Positions 62,749 to 64,000 of a stretch of 64,000 nt of DNA are shown in pieces. Below the pieces are notes generated by a model. That model had not been told where the DNA came from. It saw nothing but the letters and a program-made list of their open reading frames with translations, and did not search any database. Positions within the stretch are counted from its first letter, which is position 1; every line of letters begins with the position of its first letter. This DNA is from Phoronis australis (Eukaryota; Animalia; Phoronida): the NCBI GenBank assembly GCA_002633005.1, contig NMRA01000421.1, positions 337,573 through 401,572 of the forward strand. The letters run 5' to 3'. The position numbers were made by a program, and so were the translations under genes.

Positions 62749-63763
62749 CCCTCCACATCCCACCCTGTTAGCACTCTCTTGATCACAGAAGAGCTTTAAA
62801 GAATGGTCCGCTTTGCGCATGTCCGTATCTCATGTTAGCACTCTGGGGGAATTCTGGGGATACATAAAATTACAGTCATCCTTCACTTAAGGTAAGTTCG
62901 TCTAACTGTATAATTAAAGGGCAGTGTCGTCGCTAATAGTTGCTTATTTTTTGCTTGAATAATCACCAATTATCGAATTAAAAATAAGTTTTATGTCAAT
63001 TAGCACATGTAAATGTTCCCAAATCACATTAAGAAAATCTTAGCGTGCAGCGCCACCTTGTGATTAATTCGATGACAACAACGTCACCATTTATTTCGAT
63101 GTTCGTTAACTACCGAAGCTGGTATGAATGGTTTAGTTAACTTCATAGATTACGTCGATGCTTCACTCAGACCAGGGTTAAGTCAGTATGAAAGGGCCCA
63201 TAGACATTCTGGTTCTTGGTAAGTTGTTTTTGTATTACAGTGATGTGTAATTATTGTTACTACAGATGCTCACAAGAGGGAAATTACAAAATCTGGGTTT
63301 GTATTCCCTGAATTTATCATACATAATCCAGCATGAACGAAACGGCCCTATGCCTCATTTGGCTCAGACTATCACCCATGTATGCATTGCACCATAAATT
63401 AAGTAGCTCTCTGTTGAAATTGCAGTCATCACGTGTCATTTCAAGCGACGGGCATGGTCCCAAGAGCACAACGGAACTTTCAGTTCTTCCATAGTCCGGA
63501 TATCCTTACTTATCTTTGTAAGGAAAAACTATACAACGGTAAGAGGTCTAACTCCATTTTGACGGCCAATGGGTTTATTACCGCCTTAACCTATATTTGT
63601 CCATGTTCGCATAAACGGAAATAATTAGGTATTAAAATTAAGGAAACAATGTAAACATCCACAAGTGATTCTCATGTCGCCGCATGCACGTAATCCGGAT
63701 ATGACGTAATGCGCGAGTGTAGACCTGCGCCGCACGCTTTCACGTTTTTGCATTTAGTATTTC

Positions 63764-63903
63764 CACAGGCGCTTGGGTTTATCTGTTCCTCGATCGCAAA
63801 TGACGTCACTCAATAATACATATAAGAAAACATATGTGTTCTTATATGTATTATTGAGTGACGTCACTTGCGATCGAGGAACAGATAAACCCAAGCGCCT
63901 GTG
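63764..63903. repeat. Near-perfect palindrome (65-bp arms, 10-nt loop)
   Basis: cacaggcgcttggg...tataagaa / ttcttata...cccaagcgcctgtg with one mismatch; each arm contains TGACGTCA. Confidence 0.92.
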
Positions 63904-64000
63904 AGTATTACTAAATAAAACGAAAAATAATACCTCATGAAAATTGCTTTATTCCCGCCATAACTGCCAGAAATACATGACGTAATTAAAAACTAAAAAA

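Larger units (their letters stand above)
57508..62915 (+). mobile_element. Full-length DIRS1-type tyrosine-recombinase retrotransposon (~5.4 kb)
   Basis: Left ITR 57508-57576, right ITR/extension 62801-62915, internal complementary region (ICR) 62626-62748, uninterrupted gag-RT-RNaseH-MT and YR frames, AATT at both ends and at the ICR junction. Confidence 0.97.
57308..63199. mobile_element. ~0.5-kb PIF/Harbinger-like MITE split by the DIRS insertion
   Basis: Imperfect TIRs aggcctttttatactaac / gtcagtatgaaagggccc (14/18), 3-bp flanking ATA on both sides, shared internal motifs gtatgaatgg and cgtcgatgctt on both sides of the DIRS element. Confidence 0.6.

Overview
Animal (most likely invertebrate) nuclear DNA, AT-rich and dense with repeats, with one 180-nt gap and several isolated N positions. 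One host gene can be fully reconstructed by hand: a six-coding-exon, minus-strand synaptotagmin-15-like gene (27983..11796, 410 aa). It has tandem C2 domains lacking most Ca2+ ligands, no transmembrane helix, and an N-terminal Cys cluster. A possible terminal exon of another gene lies at the left edge. The rest is mobile DNA: hAT-, Kolobok- and Harbinger-like MITEs, foldback elements, a Penelope-like fragment with paired hammerhead ribozymes, two colinear LINE halves, a Gypsy RNase H fragment, a RecQ-like (Academ-like) remnant and minisatellites. The highlight is a complete, apparently young DIRS1-type tyrosine-recombinase (YR) retrotransposon (57508..62915). Its sequence points to an unusual expression circuit. 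An HIV-like U_UUU_UUA slippery site abuts a 109-nt candidate intron, and a second 1859-nt candidate intron would remove pol and fuse the gag-linker in frame to the recombinase. Both introns carry the same GCTACTAAT branch motif at the same distance from the acceptor AG. Splicing and/or frameshifting could therefore make Gag, Gag-Pol and Gag-YR from one transcript. This model is inferred from sequence only and needs RNA evidence.
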